Source of the DNA: Pseudoalteromonas tetraodonis
Lineage (GTDB): Bacteria; Pseudomonadota; Gammaproteobacteria; Enterobacterales; Alteromonadaceae
DNA length: 32,000 bases
Assembly (NCBI RefSeq): GCF_002310835.1
Contig: NZ_CP011041.1
Location: 90,001-122,000, forward strand
Direction of reading: 5' to 3'
Positions 1-9,010 of the stretch are shown one piece after another (the first letter of the stretch is position 1; each line of letters begins with the position of its first letter). The position numbers were made by a program, and so were the translations under genes. Below the pieces are notes generated by a model. That model worked only from the letters and a program-made list of their open reading frames with translations. It was not told where the DNA came from and made no database searches.

Positions 1-109
1 TCGAATTTTTGTATCCATAATGCAGTGTAATTAAAAAATATTGATCGCGATTATAGCAAAGCTGCGTATTGATTACTTGGACAGTTAATTTAACAGTAGG
101 TAGGTTACT

Positions 110-415
110 ATGGGTATTCAATTTTCAGAACTAAAAAAGCATCAGCCATTACAAAAAGTGGTTGTTCATTCACTGGAAATGGCCTTGTACCAAGTGTCTG
201 TTGTCATTAATAATGTTGAATACTATGTACAAGAAAGTAATGGTGAATTTGTGAAGGCACTAAGCCCATTACATATTCAAAAACGCTTTGAAGATATCGC
301 CTATGCACAAATGATGCTAAGGCACACCAGTGCTTATGATGAAATGTGTGGTCAACCGGAAAAAATTTCCAGTAATATGCTCGAAGTGCCCTTTGGGCAA
401 AACAACCTGTTTTAA
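110..415 (+). CDS. Small conserved hypothetical protein (101 aa), function unknown
   Basis: Intact ORF in an otherwise empty interval. GTAGG lies a few nt upstream of the ATG. I recognise no catalytic or DNA-binding motif in the translation. Confidence 0.55.
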   Translation: MGIQFSELKKHQPLQKVVVHSLEMALYQVSVVINNVEYYVQESNGEFVKALSPLHIQKRFEDIAYAQMMLRHTSAYDEMCGQPEKISSNMLEVPFGQNNLF

Positions 416-456
416 TATCAGGTATTTGCTAATATAGGTTTATTTGGAATCATCCA

Positions 457-876
457 ATGTACCTATTACATACCGATAATTCTGAGCAATTAAATCAAGC
501 ACTGCGCGAGCACATGCTTGAGTTTAATGCTCAGCACTTCGACGCACAGCGTCAACCTCTTGGCTTTAAATATCTCGATAAACAAGGTGAGTTAGTTGCA
601 GGCATAAGCGGTCACGTGTTTGGTAACTGGTTGCTAATAAGCTGGTTATGGTGCGATGAATCGGTACGAGGCAATGGCTTGGCTGATTCGTTATTAACAT
701 CACTTGAAAATGCAGCAATTGAAATGGGTGCCGTTCAGGCTCAGCTTGACACCTTAGACTTTCAAGCCAAACCTTTTTATGAAAAACGGGGTTACCAAGT
801 TAAATATCAACTTGATAATTACCCACTTAATGGCACTCGTTACTTTATGGAAAAACCGCTAATAGTGGCTGAATAA
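457..876 (+). CDS. GNAT-family N-acetyltransferase (139 aa)
   Basis: The translation shows the typical small-GNAT core: LLISWLWCDESVRGNGLADSLL (beta4-alpha3 acetyl-CoA loop R-G-x-G) and FQAKPFYEKRGYQV (alpha4 FYxKxGY). Confidence 0.8.
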   Translation: MYLLHTDNSEQLNQALREHMLEFNAQHFDAQRQPLGFKYLDKQGELVAGISGHVFGNWLLISWLWCDESVRGNGLADSLLTSLENAAIEMGAVQAQLDTLDFQAKPFYEKRGYQVKYQLDNYPLNGTRYFMEKPLIVAE

Positions 877-901
877 CGCTGATTGGAGCGTTATTTTTTT
901 G
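872..901 (+). terminator. Rho-independent terminator for the GNAT gene
   Basis: Stem aataacgct (872-880), loop gattgg, stem agcgttatt (887-895), then a T-run to 901. It overlaps the GNAT stop codon and the 3' end of the convergent gene. Confidence 0.6.
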
Positions 902-1250
902 CTGTTAATGGCGTACCATCAAAGGTAACACCTAAAAATGGGGTGGCTTCAGGCGCTAACATAAAGGTGCGAATATTCATATGGTCGTCTGCATCTGGGT
1001 TGTTTAGCACATCTTCGCGATAAAATGCCCCAAAACAATCTAATGTATTTTGCTTACTAAGACCATTGAGCTTTGCAAATGCAAAAATCTTGCATGAACC
1101 GTTATTCTCACTCGCAGAGCTCAATAACCCATGGTTACTAAAGCTGCACGCTGTAAAAGTATAATGCTCATCAATAACGGCCATAGTATCAGCAAAACCA
1201 ATGCTTTTAGGCTCATTCGCGAGCGTTGTTAAGTAGTTTGTGAGTGTCAT
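891..1250 (-). CDS. HopJ type III effector family protein (119 aa)
   Basis: Length and the motifs GSCKIFAFAKLNGL and FGAFYREDVL..P...DH.NIR match my recollection of the HopJ (PF08888-type) family. AAGGA lies 7 nt upstream of the ATG. Confidence 0.65.
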   Translation of the reverse strand: MTLTNYLTTLANEPKSIGFADTMAVIDEHYTFTACSFSNHGLLSSASENNGSCKIFAFAKLNGLSKQNTLDCFGAFYREDVLNNPDADDHMNIRTFMLAPEATPFLGVTFDGTPLTAKK

Positions 1251-1347
1251 ACGCTGTCCTTGTTATTATAAGATATTGTTAAGTAATTACCCCTAACCTA
1301 TCTTATGATTGATTTATATTCAATTGAGCCAATAAAACAAGCATAGT

Positions 1348-2058
1348 TTATTTACCAATTAAGTGGGTTAACGCATGAATGTTGGTTATTTCAATATCAG
1401 CAAGTCCTTTGTAGGCATAGGCTTGTGCTTGATTATTTAACCACACAGACTGGCAGCCAGCGTTATTAGCACCTTGCACATCGCTATCAAGGCTGTCACC
1501 TATGTGTAAAATTTCACTGTTGTTAATACGCAAATGTGTTGCAGCTTGATCAAATAAGGTCGTATGTGGTTTAGCTTTACCGTGCAAGCCAGCTTGCAGC
1601 ACCAGTTCAAACTTATCTTTTAAATTAAAACGCTCAACCTCTACATTACCGTTAGTAATGGCAATTAATTTGTAGTGCTGGCTTAGTTTATCGAGCAATG
1701 TTAGTACGTCTTCGCTCACTTCAATATTACTGCGCGCATCAGCAAATGCTTGATAAGCACTGTGTGCATGATGCTCTACTTCATCGTCTTTAAAACCAAG
1801 CTCAGACAAAACTAAGCGTAGGGTATGTTTACGCCACTGAGTGACGTTATCAATGAGTTCAGGTTGGTGTTGAACAACTCGCTCACGGCATTGTTGCCAA
1901 AACTGTGGCCCCTGTTTTTTATAGCCTGGCAGCGCATTTAAATAATCAATTTGCGCCTGAACGGCTGCGGTTATGATTGGGCGGTTGTCGTATAAGGTGT
2001 CGTCTAAGTCAAAGCTTAGTACAGAAAAAGGAGAAATTGCGCGATTAAATCGGATCAT
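1348..2058 (-). CDS. yigB: HAD-superfamily phosphatase, YigB-like (FMN/riboflavin-pathway phosphatase family)
   Basis: HAD motif I FDLDDTLYD and motif IV GDSLDSDVQGANNAG. Position directly downstream of xerC as in E. coli. I prefer the start at 2058 (MIRFNR...) over the track start at 2091, which would overlap the xerC 3' end by 23 nt. Confidence 0.8.
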   Translation of the reverse strand: MIRFNRAISPFSVLSFDLDDTLYDNRPIITAAVQAQIDYLNALPGYKKQGPQFWQQCRERVVQHQPELIDNVTQWRKHTLRLVLSELGFKDDEVEHHAHSAYQAFADARSNIEVSEDVLTLLDKLSQHYKLIAITNGNVEVERFNLKDKFELVLQAGLHGKAKPHTTLFDQAATHLRINNSEILHIGDSLDSDVQGANNAGCQSVWLNNQAQAYAYKGLADIEITNIHALTHLIGK

Positions 2059-2068
2059 GGTTATTACC

Positions 2069-3013
2069 CTAATCGGTTCGTTTTTTAGCACGTGGATGGG
2101 TGTTGTCGTACACCTTAGCCAAGTGCTGAAAATCTAAATGAGTATAAACTTGGGTTGCAGATAAACTACTGTGGCCTAATAGCTCCTGTACTGCTCGTAA
2201 ATCGCCAGACGATTCTAAAATATGCGACGCAAATGAGTGGCGTAATTTATGCGGATGCACTTGTGAGCTTATACCTTGTTTAATGCCCCATTCTTGCATT
2301 CGCAAACGGACTTGGCGCACAGAGATACGGTTTTTTTTACTACTTAAAAATACCGCGTGTTCGTCTGCGCCCATAAATAGCGGCCGAACCGCGAGCCATT
2401 TCTTTAATGCATCAAGGGCCTTAGAGCCAACCGGTATTAGCCGTTCTTTTGCACCTTTACCACGTACCAGTATTTCACCATTACGGGCGTTTATATCCTG
2501 CATGTTAGCACCAACTAACTCACTAATGCGCAGACCTGATGAATACATGAGTTCCATCATGGCTTTATCTCGAATGGCAAGTGGATCGTCATCGGGTATT
2601 TCGAGTAAACGTGCCATTTGGTCAACATCAAGATTTTTAGGTAAAGGCTTGGAAAATTTAGGGCCTTTTATCCCTTGCGCGGGGTTATGGTAATGCGGTT
2701 GCTCAGTAATATTTTTTGCTTTTAAAAACTTATATAAACTTCGAATGCAGCTTAGCTTTAAGCTGATTGTTCTGCCGCTCAGTTGCTTAGCACGCAGCGC
2801 CATGCTGTAACGGCGAATGTGCTCACTTTGTACGGCAAACCAATTGTCGCATAGCTTATTAAAATACAAGGCGGCAAAACCTAATTGGCTAACATATTGA
2901 TTGACGGTGTGCGCTGAATACTGGCGTTCAAATTTTAAGTAATCACTAAATAACGTGATGGGTGTACGCCAGTTATCGCTTAAGTCGCTAATATTTGGCG
3001 TGTCGTCGCTCAT
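2069..3013 (-). CDS. xerC: Tyrosine site-specific recombinase XerC
   Basis: Catalytic signature HKLRHSFASH...LLGHSSLSATQVYTHL. Conserved dapF-yigA-xerC-yigB context. The start overlaps the upstream stop (ATGA). Confidence 0.95.
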   Translation of the reverse strand: MSDDTPNISDLSDNWRTPITLFSDYLKFERQYSAHTVNQYVSQLGFAALYFNKLCDNWFAVQSEHIRRYSMALRAKQLSGRTISLKLSCIRSLYKFLKAKNITEQPHYHNPAQGIKGPKFSKPLPKNLDVDQMARLLEIPDDDPLAIRDKAMMELMYSSGLRISELVGANMQDINARNGEILVRGKGAKERLIPVGSKALDALKKWLAVRPLFMGADEHAVFLSSKKNRISVRQVRLRMQEWGIKQGISSQVHPHKLRHSFASHILESSGDLRAVQELLGHSSLSATQVYTHLDFQHLAKVYDNTHPRAKKRTD

Positions 3014-3621
3014 GCCAGTTCCAGTAACCGTATTTGTAATGAGCGTACAAAATCTAACACAAATAAGTTATCTTGTGAGGGCTCAAAGTGGTTCTCATCG
3101 TGGCTGCCAAAAGCCAAAATTGCGTAGGGGTTAGTGGGTTCGCCAATTAAATACAGGGCGGTCGATTGGGTATCCTCGTTAAAGAGTAAGTCGCGCTCTT
3201 GCTGATTTACCCGCCCTAAATAATGATTACTATCTGACAATCTATGCTTTACTAAGCCCTCAAACGCGCTGTCGTATCTTACGAGTTTGCACTCATTAAT
3301 AGTCGGGCTCATGCAAATAATGTTGCGTAAGTTACTTGCCAAAGTATTAAAGTCGTAATTGCTCCAAAGCTGACGATGGCATTGACTGAACAAGCGGTAC
3401 ACGAGTTCATTTTGCGTGGCATGCTTGGTCATCGTCTCGATTTGATGTTTTAACTGAGTATTATGTTCACGTAGTTGACGTTGCTGAATATGTACTAACG
3501 AAGTCGCACCCTGAACTTGCTGTTGTAACTCAAGTTGAGCTAATAGCGCAGGTTGATTTATTAAAAAATTAGGGTGCTGTTGTAAGTAATCTATTACTTG
3601 CTGTTTAGTTAATTCACTCAT
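3010..3621 (-). CDS. yigA: DUF484 family protein (YigA)
   Basis: About 200 aa, between dapF and xerC as in E. coli and Pseudomonas. N-terminal YLQQHPNFL motif typical of DUF484. ATGA overlaps on both sides. Confidence 0.85.
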   Translation of the reverse strand: MSELTKQQVIDYLQQHPNFLINQPALLAQLELQQQVQGATSLVHIQQRQLREHNTQLKHQIETMTKHATQNELVYRLFSQCHRQLWSNYDFNTLASNLRNIICMSPTINECKLVRYDSAFEGLVKHRLSDSNHYLGRVNQQERDLLFNEDTQSTALYLIGEPTNPYAILAFGSHDENHFEPSQDNLFVLDFVRSLQIRLLELA

Positions 3622-4448
3622 AGTGCAACTTGTCCATCAAATACATGTTCAGCGGGGCCTGTCATACGCACTGGGTGGCCTTCGCCACTCCAGCGAACTT
3701 GTAAGCTACCGCCTGGTAAATCAACTTGCACTGTGCTGGTGAGCTTGTTTTGAATAAAGCCAATCACCATAGCGGCACACGCACCGGTACCACAAGCAAG
3801 TGTTTCGCTTACACCACGTTCCCACACTCTGAGTTTAATGTGTTCTTGAGAAATAACCTGCATAAAGCCAATATTTGCGCGCTGTGGAAAACGTTCATGA
3901 TTTTCAAGCAACGGGCCAAGGGTACTCACTTGTGCCGTTTCAATGTCGTCTACTTCCATGACGCAATGCGGGTTACCCATAGAAACAGCACCACTAAAAA
4001 CGGTATGTTCTTCTGCACGAATAATATAAGTCAGCTCACGTTTGGTTGCTTTAAGCGGGATTTTACTCGGCTCAAAATTAGGGTGTCCCATGTTAACCGT
4101 TACTTGGCCGTCTTTTTCAATATACAGGGTGAGGTTACCCGATTTAGTTGAAACGCTAATTTTATGTTTATTGGTTAAGCCTTTCATGCGCACAAAGCGG
4201 GCAAAGCAACGGGCGCCGTTACCACATTGTTCTACTTCGTGGCCGTCGGCATTAAAAATCCGATAGTGAAAATCGAGATCGGGTGAGTAAGGGGCTTCAA
4301 CCATCAGTAATTGGTCAAACCCAATGCCGAAATGGCGATCGGCCAGCTTTTTGATTTGATCACGGGATAAAAAAACGTTTTGTGTAATATTATCAATCAC
4401 AACAAAGTCGTTACCTAAGCCGTGCATTTTGGAAAAATTAACTAACAT
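3618..4448 (-). CDS. dapF: Diaminopimelate epimerase
   Basis: N-terminus [15 protein letters not shown] and both catalytic Cys motifs ([15 protein letters not shown]). Confidence 0.97.
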   Translation of the reverse strand: MLVNFSKMHGLGNDFVVIDNITQNVFLSRDQIKKLADRHFGIGFDQLLMVEAPYSPDLDFHYRIFNADGHEVEQCGNGARCFARFVRMKGLTNKHKISVSTKSGNLTLYIEKDGQVTVNMGHPNFEPSKIPLKATKRELTYIIRAEEHTVFSGAVSMGNPHCVMEVDDIETAQVSTLGPLLENHERFPQRANIGFMQVISQEHIKLRVWERGVSETLACGTGACAAMVIGFIQNKLTSTVQVDLPGGSLQVRWSGEGHPVRMTGPAEHVFDGQVAL

Positions 4449-4512
4449 AGCGCTCTAATTCGGTTTTGCTCTGCGCTAATCATGCCACAGAGCAGCTAGG
4501 TAACAAAAACGT

Positions 4513-5766
4513 TTATGGTAAAATTTTCTCACCTTGGTACAGGCTCTCGATGGTTTCGCGTTCGCGAATAAGATGATATTGCTCACCATCTACCATTATT
4601 TCGGCAACCCGTGGGCGTGAGTTATAATTTGAACTCATTGTAAAGCCGTATGCTCCAGCGCTACGCTGCACTAACAAGTCACCTTGTTTGAGTGCTAGAG
4701 GGCGGTCTTTACCTAAAAAGTCACCGGTTTCACACACCGGCCCAACCACATCATAGTTGTGGGTAGGTGTTTCGTCATCACGCACCGAGACAGGAATAAT
4801 TTTTTGCCACGCTTGATAAAGTGATGGGCGCAACATGTCATTCATACCCGCATCAACAATCGCAAAGTACTTGTCTTGATTTTGCTTAATAAACTCAACC
4901 TGAGTCACTAAAATCCCAGCGTTAGCGGCAATAGCTCGCCCTGGTTCAAAAATCAGTTCAAGGTGGCGATAATTAGTAAGGCGCTGTGTTACTTGTGCTG
5001 CATACTCACTCGGGTGGGGAGGCTGTTCGTCGTTGTAGGTTACGCCAAGGCCTCCACCAATATCTAAATGGCTTAACTCAATACCTGCATTTTTTAACTC
5101 ATCAATTAATGCCAGTAGTTTATCAAGCGCCTCTAAAAACGGTTTGGTTTGTGTCAGCTGTGAGCCAATGTGACAATCAACCCCAACTATATTTAAGCCA
5201 GGTAACGACGCAGCATGTTGGTACACACTTAACGCGGTTTCGATACCAATGCCAAATTTGTTTTCTTTTAGGCCAGTAGAAATATACGGGTGTGTTTTAG
5301 CATCAATATCAGGATTAACACGAATAGAAATTGGCGCGTCTAGATTAAGCTCACACGCTACTTCTGAAATGCGCTCAAGCTCTGAGATTGATTCAACGTT
5401 AAAACATTTAATACCTAATTCTAACGCATAAGCAATTTCGTCAGCGGTTTTAGCAACCCCAGAAAACACCACTTTATTGGCTGCGCCTCCCGCTTTGATG
5501 ACCCGCGCGAGCTCGCCTTTTGAAACAATGTCAAAACCCGCACCAAGTCGCGCCAGTATATTTAATACTGCAATATTTGAATTTGCTTTAACGGCGTAGC
5601 ACACTAGGCTTTTATGATCTTGAGCTGCATTGGCAAACGCTAAATAATGGCGTTCAAACGTCGCTCTTGAATACACATAACACGGTGTACCATAGTGCTG
5701 TGCAATCGTTGCTACGCTGACATCTTCAGCAAATAGTTGGTTGTTTTTATAATTAAAAAAATCCAT
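4513..5766 (-). CDS. lysA: Diaminopimelate decarboxylase
   Basis: PLP-binding CYAVKAN motif, GGGLG and CETGD motifs; 417 aa. Confidence 0.97.
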   Translation of the reverse strand: MDFFNYKNNQLFAEDVSVATIAQHYGTPCYVYSRATFERHYLAFANAAQDHKSLVCYAVKANSNIAVLNILARLGAGFDIVSKGELARVIKAGGAANKVVFSGVAKTADEIAYALELGIKCFNVESISELERISEVACELNLDAPISIRVNPDIDAKTHPYISTGLKENKFGIGIETALSVYQHAASLPGLNIVGVDCHIGSQLTQTKPFLEALDKLLALIDELKNAGIELSHLDIGGGLGVTYNDEQPPHPSEYAAQVTQRLTNYRHLELIFEPGRAIAANAGILVTQVEFIKQNQDKYFAIVDAGMNDMLRPSLYQAWQKIIPVSVRDDETPTHNYDVVGPVCETGDFLGKDRPLALKQGDLLVQRSAGAYGFTMSSNYNSRPRVAEIMVDGEQYHLIRERETIESLYQGEKILP

Positions 5767-5946
5767 TTACTGCTCCTGTTTTTGCTCAATAGGTGTTTGC
5801 TTGTTGGGGGTGTCTGTTGGCTGATTTTGTTCAGTAGGCTGCTCTGGTAAGTACAGCGGGCCGCTTTGACCACAGCCAGCTAACGCACACAACAAAACGG
5901 TGCTGATTAATAGTTGTTTTAATTGTAAGGTATATGTCGCTTTCAT
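5767..5946 (-). CDS. lptM: Small lipoprotein LptM/YifL family (59 aa); not in the supplied ORF track
   Basis: Hand translation of the minus strand gives MKATYTLQLKQLLISTVLLCALAGCGQSGPLYLPEQPTEQNQPTDTPNKQTPIEQKQEQ*. It has the lipobox LAGC, then the family-typical G-x-x-GPLYLP motif and a P/Q/E-rich tail. It sits divergent from cyaY and directly upstream of lysA-dapF, as yifL does in E. coli and lppL in Pseudomonas. Its stop codon (5767-5769) abuts the lysA ATG (5764-5766). Confidence 0.78.
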   Translation of the reverse strand: MKATYTLQLKQLLISTVLLCALAGCGQSGPLYLPEQPTEQNQPTDTPNKQTPIEQKQEQ

Positions 5947-6094
5947 TAGATTAATACGGTTGCTGGCTTTATAATCGCAGAGTAACAGAATATCTAAAAA
6001 ATGCAGCTATTCGCGGATGATTTTATTCCTGTTACACTAGCTGTACAAACATGCACCCATTATTTAGGCGTCTTGCCTGCAAAGGAAATTAACG

Positions 6095-6418
6095 ATGACT
6101 GATCACGAATATCACCAGTTAGCAGAAGCTCTTATGTTCACAATTGAAGAACAAGTTGATGATTGTGAAGCAGATTTAGATTATGAATCGGCTCAAGGTA
6201 TTTTAGAAATTATTTTTCCAGATCGCAGTAAAATTGTGATTAATAAGCAAGCACCGTTGCATCAAGTGTGGGTGGCAACAAAATTTAACGGTCACCATTT
6301 TGAAATGCGTGATGGTCAATGGATTGATAACCGCTCAGGCGCAGAGTTTTGGAGTTTCATCAATGAAGCGTCAACACGTCAAGCGGGTCAAGAAATTAAG
6401 TGGCAATCATCGCTATGA
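6095..6418 (+). CDS. cyaY: Iron-sulfur cluster assembly protein CyaY (bacterial frataxin)
   Basis: 107 aa. The N-terminus [19 protein letters not shown] and QVWVA...HF motifs match CyaY. GGAAA/AAGGAA lies upstream of the ATG. Confidence 0.93.
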   Translation: MTDHEYHQLAEALMFTIEEQVDDCEADLDYESAQGILEIIFPDRSKIVINKQAPLHQVWVATKFNGHHFEMRDGQWIDNRSGAEFWSFINEASTRQAGQEIKWQSSL

Positions 6419-7071
6419 GTTTAGAGTTTGTTCAATACCCAGCTCAGGGAACGCATAAAGCCACGGTTATTTGGCTACATGGTTTGGGTGATTCTGGTGA
6501 CGGTTTTGCCCCAGTAGCGCCACAGCTCGATTTACCCAGTGAACTAGGTGTGCGTTTTGTATTTCCGCATGCGCCTATGCAGGCCGTTACTATTAACGGC
6601 GGTATGCAGATGCGCTCATGGTATGACATTAAATCGATGGATTTAGACAAACGTGCAGATGAACAAGGGGTTAGGGAGTCTGCAGCAAAAGTTGAGCAAT
6701 TAATAACGCAAGAAATGGCTAACGGCATACCGGCGAACAAAATTATTTTAGCGGGATTTTCACAAGGTGGCGTCATATCGCTACATTTAGCCCCGCGTTT
6801 AGAGCAAAAGCTTGCTGGCGTTATGGCACTATCAACCTATATGTGTGTGCCACATAAATTGGCTGATGAAGCAAAGCAAACACAGCTAAATATATTTATG
6901 GCTCATGGGAGCCAAGATGACGTTGTACCGCATAGCGCGGGTAGAAGTGCGTTTGAAGTATTATCAACGCATAACATGGATGTGAGTTGGCAAGAATACC
7001 CTATGGGGCATCAGGTTTGTACACAAGAGTTACAAGCTGTGCGCCAATGGTTAATTTCTCGCTTAAGTTAG
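6415..7071 (+). CDS. Alpha/beta hydrolase, carboxylesterase/phospholipase family (Abhydrolase_2, YpfH-like)
   Basis: WLHGLGDSG oxyanion region, nucleophile elbow GFSQGG, and C-terminal HG..D / GH catalytic residues. I prefer the ATG at 6415, which overlaps the cyaY TGA (ATGA), over the track start at 6400. Confidence 0.85.
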   Translation: MSLEFVQYPAQGTHKATVIWLHGLGDSGDGFAPVAPQLDLPSELGVRFVFPHAPMQAVTINGGMQMRSWYDIKSMDLDKRADEQGVRESAAKVEQLITQEMANGIPANKIILAGFSQGGVISLHLAPRLEQKLAGVMALSTYMCVPHKLADEAKQTQLNIFMAHGSQDDVVPHSAGRSAFEVLSTHNMDVSWQEYPMGHQVCTQELQAVRQWLISRLS

Positions 7072-7094
7072 TTTAGGAGCCGCTGAGGGTCAAA

Positions 7095-8000
7095 ATGAGT
7101 CAAAAAATAGTAATAACAGCAAATGTAAAACGTGAACCACAGGTTAGCGAACCCAGCGTGAGCTATGAGTGGCATTGGCGTCGGATTGTGAGTATTTCTA
7201 TGTTGGTGATTATGACCTCTGCAGCGGTTATTTACGGCCTGTCTAGCGCTGTGAATGCTGATCAAGGGGCGCCGCATCCTAATGAGCAGCTCGATTTTAC
7301 TGAGCAACAAACAGCAATTGTGTCGCTAAGCGATGATACTGCAGCATCAGCAGAGAGTGAAAACGCAACAGATGCTGATGAGGAGCCGCTGAGCAGTGTC
7401 GCAATTGCAGCACCTAAAATCCTTTCCCCAGATGAGCAAAAACCAGCTCCTATTACCGAACAAGTAACAACAGAGCCTGAAGTTCAACAAAGTATTATTG
7501 AGCAAGAAGTAGAGCCAACGCTCACTGCTGAGCCTGAAGAAGCAGCCATGGCTGCAACAGATAACCAAACGCCTGAAACCGAAACGGCCAGTGAAAAACA
7601 GGCTGAGCAAAAAGTATTTGCTGAATCAGCACAAGTTGCGAGTGTGGCCATTGGTGCCAAAATAGATACAGCTACTATTAGCCGAGCCGTATTGACGCGC
7701 AGTGTGAGTAATCGTGAACCAACCAATGTATTTGCCGCCGATGTGCGTTTAAGCCAATTTGAAGAATCATTGTCATTTTTTAGTGAGCTTAAAAACTTAC
7801 AAGGTCAGCAGGTAAAGCATATTTGGTTATTTGAAGGCGAAGTGATGGCGGAAGTGTCGCTCAAAGTTACTTCTCCGCGCTACCGAACTTACTCAACTAA
7901 AAATATTATGGATTCCCAGTTAGGGAATTGGCGCGTTGATGTGGTTGATGAGCGAGGTTTACTCATTGCGCAAAAAGAATTTAGAATTTTAGCTGATTAA
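7095..8000 (+). CDS. Membrane-anchored protein with acidic low-complexity linker and C-terminal DUF2914-like domain
   Basis: N-terminal TM segment ([19 protein letters not shown]), about 130 aa of E/P/T/A/Q-rich linker, then a C-terminal ~100 aa beta-rich module (REP.NVF....L.FFSEL.NL.G..V.H.W...G......L.V.S.R.R.YS.K......G.W.V.V.D..G) that I recall as DUF2914. Confidence 0.7.
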   Translation: MSQKIVITANVKREPQVSEPSVSYEWHWRRIVSISMLVIMTSAAVIYGLSSAVNADQGAPHPNEQLDFTEQQTAIVSLSDDTAASAESENATDADEEPLSSVAIAAPKILSPDEQKPAPITEQVTTEPEVQQSIIEQEVEPTLTAEPEEAAMAATDNQTPETETASEKQAEQKVFAESAQVASVAIGAKIDTATISRAVLTRSVSNREPTNVFAADVRLSQFEESLSFFSELKNLQGQQVKHIWLFEGEVMAEVSLKVTSPRYRTYSTKNIMDSQLGNWRVDVVDERGLLIAQKEFRILAD

Positions 8001-8071
8001 ATCGCCCTCAGATAGAACAGGTTTTAATCCTGGAAGGTCAACAGACCCCAGTAATTATTAATGGATATTTT

Positions 8072-9010
8072 ATGACTGAAAAAACAAAGTTAGTTCGCAT
8101 TGCTACTCGTAAAAGTGCATTGGCACTGTGGCAGGCTGAATTTGTAAAAGCGCAGCTAGAGCATTTTCACGATGACGTGCGTGTAGAGCTGGTGCCTATG
8201 TCGACTCAAGGTGACATTATTTTAGATACACCACTGGCTAAAATTGGTGGTAAAGGCTTATTTGTAAAAGAACTAGAACAAGCCATGCTTGATGGGCGAG
8301 CAGACATTGCAGTGCATTCAATGAAAGACGTGCCAGTCGAATTTCCAGATGATTTAGAGTTACACGTTATTTGTGAGCGTGAAGACCCGCGTGACGCGTT
8401 TGTCTCAAATAATTTTGCCAATATTGATGCGTTACCGCAAGGCGCCATTGTTGGCACCTCAAGTTTACGTCGCCAATGCCAAATCAGAGCGTTGCGTCCA
8501 GATTTAGAAATTCGTGACTTACGTGGCAATGTAAATACACGTTTAGCAAAGCTTGATAGTGGTCAATACGATGCGATTATACTCGCAGCGGCTGGGCTAA
8601 TTCGTTTAGAAATGGGTGAACGTATTCGTGACTTTATTGAGCCAGAAGTGTCGTTACCTGCTAATGGTCAAGGTGCTGTCGGTATTGAATGCCGTATAAA
8701 TGATGAAGTTACTAAAGCCTTATTAGCTCCGCTGGAGCACAGTGAAACTCGTATTCGTGTTAATGCCGAGCGCGCAATGAACCGCCACTTAGAAGGGGGC
8801 TGCCAAGTTCCGATTGGTGCTTATGCATTGGTTGATGGTGAGCAAGTGCATTTACGTGGTTTAGTTGGGGCGATTGATGGCAGCGAAATTTTACGCGATG
8901 AAATTAGTGGGCATGTTGATGATGCGGAAAAATTAGGAGTTGAGCTGGCTAAAAAACTCTTAGCACAAGGCGCAGATAAAATCCTTGCTGACGTATATCG
9001 AGACGCATAA
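8072..9010 (+). CDS. hemC: Hydroxymethylbilane synthase (porphobilinogen deaminase)
   Basis: [18 protein letters not shown]-terminus, the dipyrromethane cofactor Cys region GGCQVPIG; 312 aa. Confidence 0.97.
   Translation: MTEKTKLVRIATRKSALALWQAEFVKAQLEHFHDDVRVELVPMSTQGDIILDTPLAKIGGKGLFVKELEQAMLDGRADIAVHSMKDVPVEFPDDLELHVICEREDPRDAFVSNNFANIDALPQGAIVGTSSLRRQCQIRALRPDLEIRDLRGNVNTRLAKLDSGQYDAIILAAAGLIRLEMGERIRDFIEPEVSLPANGQGAVGIECRINDEVTKALLAPLEHSETRIRVNAERAMNRHLEGGCQVPIGAYALVDGEQVHLRGLVGAIDGSEILRDEISGHVDDAEKLGVELAKKLLAQGADKILADVYRDA

Noticed and set aside
1-18. A possible 5' end of a minus-strand gene leaving the window (complement of 1-18 reads ATGGATACAAAAATTCGA).
   Set aside because: Only six codons are visible and there is no SD upstream, so it cannot be supported from this window.
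110-876. The small protein plus GNAT gene pair as a possible GNAT-type toxin-antitoxin module (TacT/KacT-like).
   Set aside because: In that family the antitoxin (DUF1778/RHH) is encoded upstream of the toxin, so gene order does not argue against it. However, the 101-aa protein shows no ribbon-helix-helix or DUF1778 features. The GNAT is shorter (139 aa) than those toxins and resembles ordinary small acetyltransferases. The two genes are separated by 41 bp with no overlap.
2069-3013. The tyrosine recombinase as a marker of an integrated mobile element or genomic island.
   Set aside because: It is XerC in its universally conserved dapF-DUF484-xerC-yigB operon with overlapping stop/start codons. 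There are no flanking direct repeats, tRNA genes or cargo genes.
7075-7393. An exact 13-nt direct repeat aggagccgctgag at 7075-7087 and 7381-7393.
   Set aside because: In a 32-kb window several exact 13-mer repeats are expected by chance (roughly N^2/2/4^13, a handful). One copy is in an RBS region and the other in coding sequence, and nothing further surrounds them.
7068-7726. Three minus-strand ORFs (7068-7310, 7347-7610, 7484-7726) overlapping the DUF2914 gene.
   Set aside because: They arise because the acidic GAA/GCA/CAA-rich linker region has few stop codons on the complementary strand. Their translations are Cys/Leu/Phe/Ser-rich nonsense, and two of them overlap each other.
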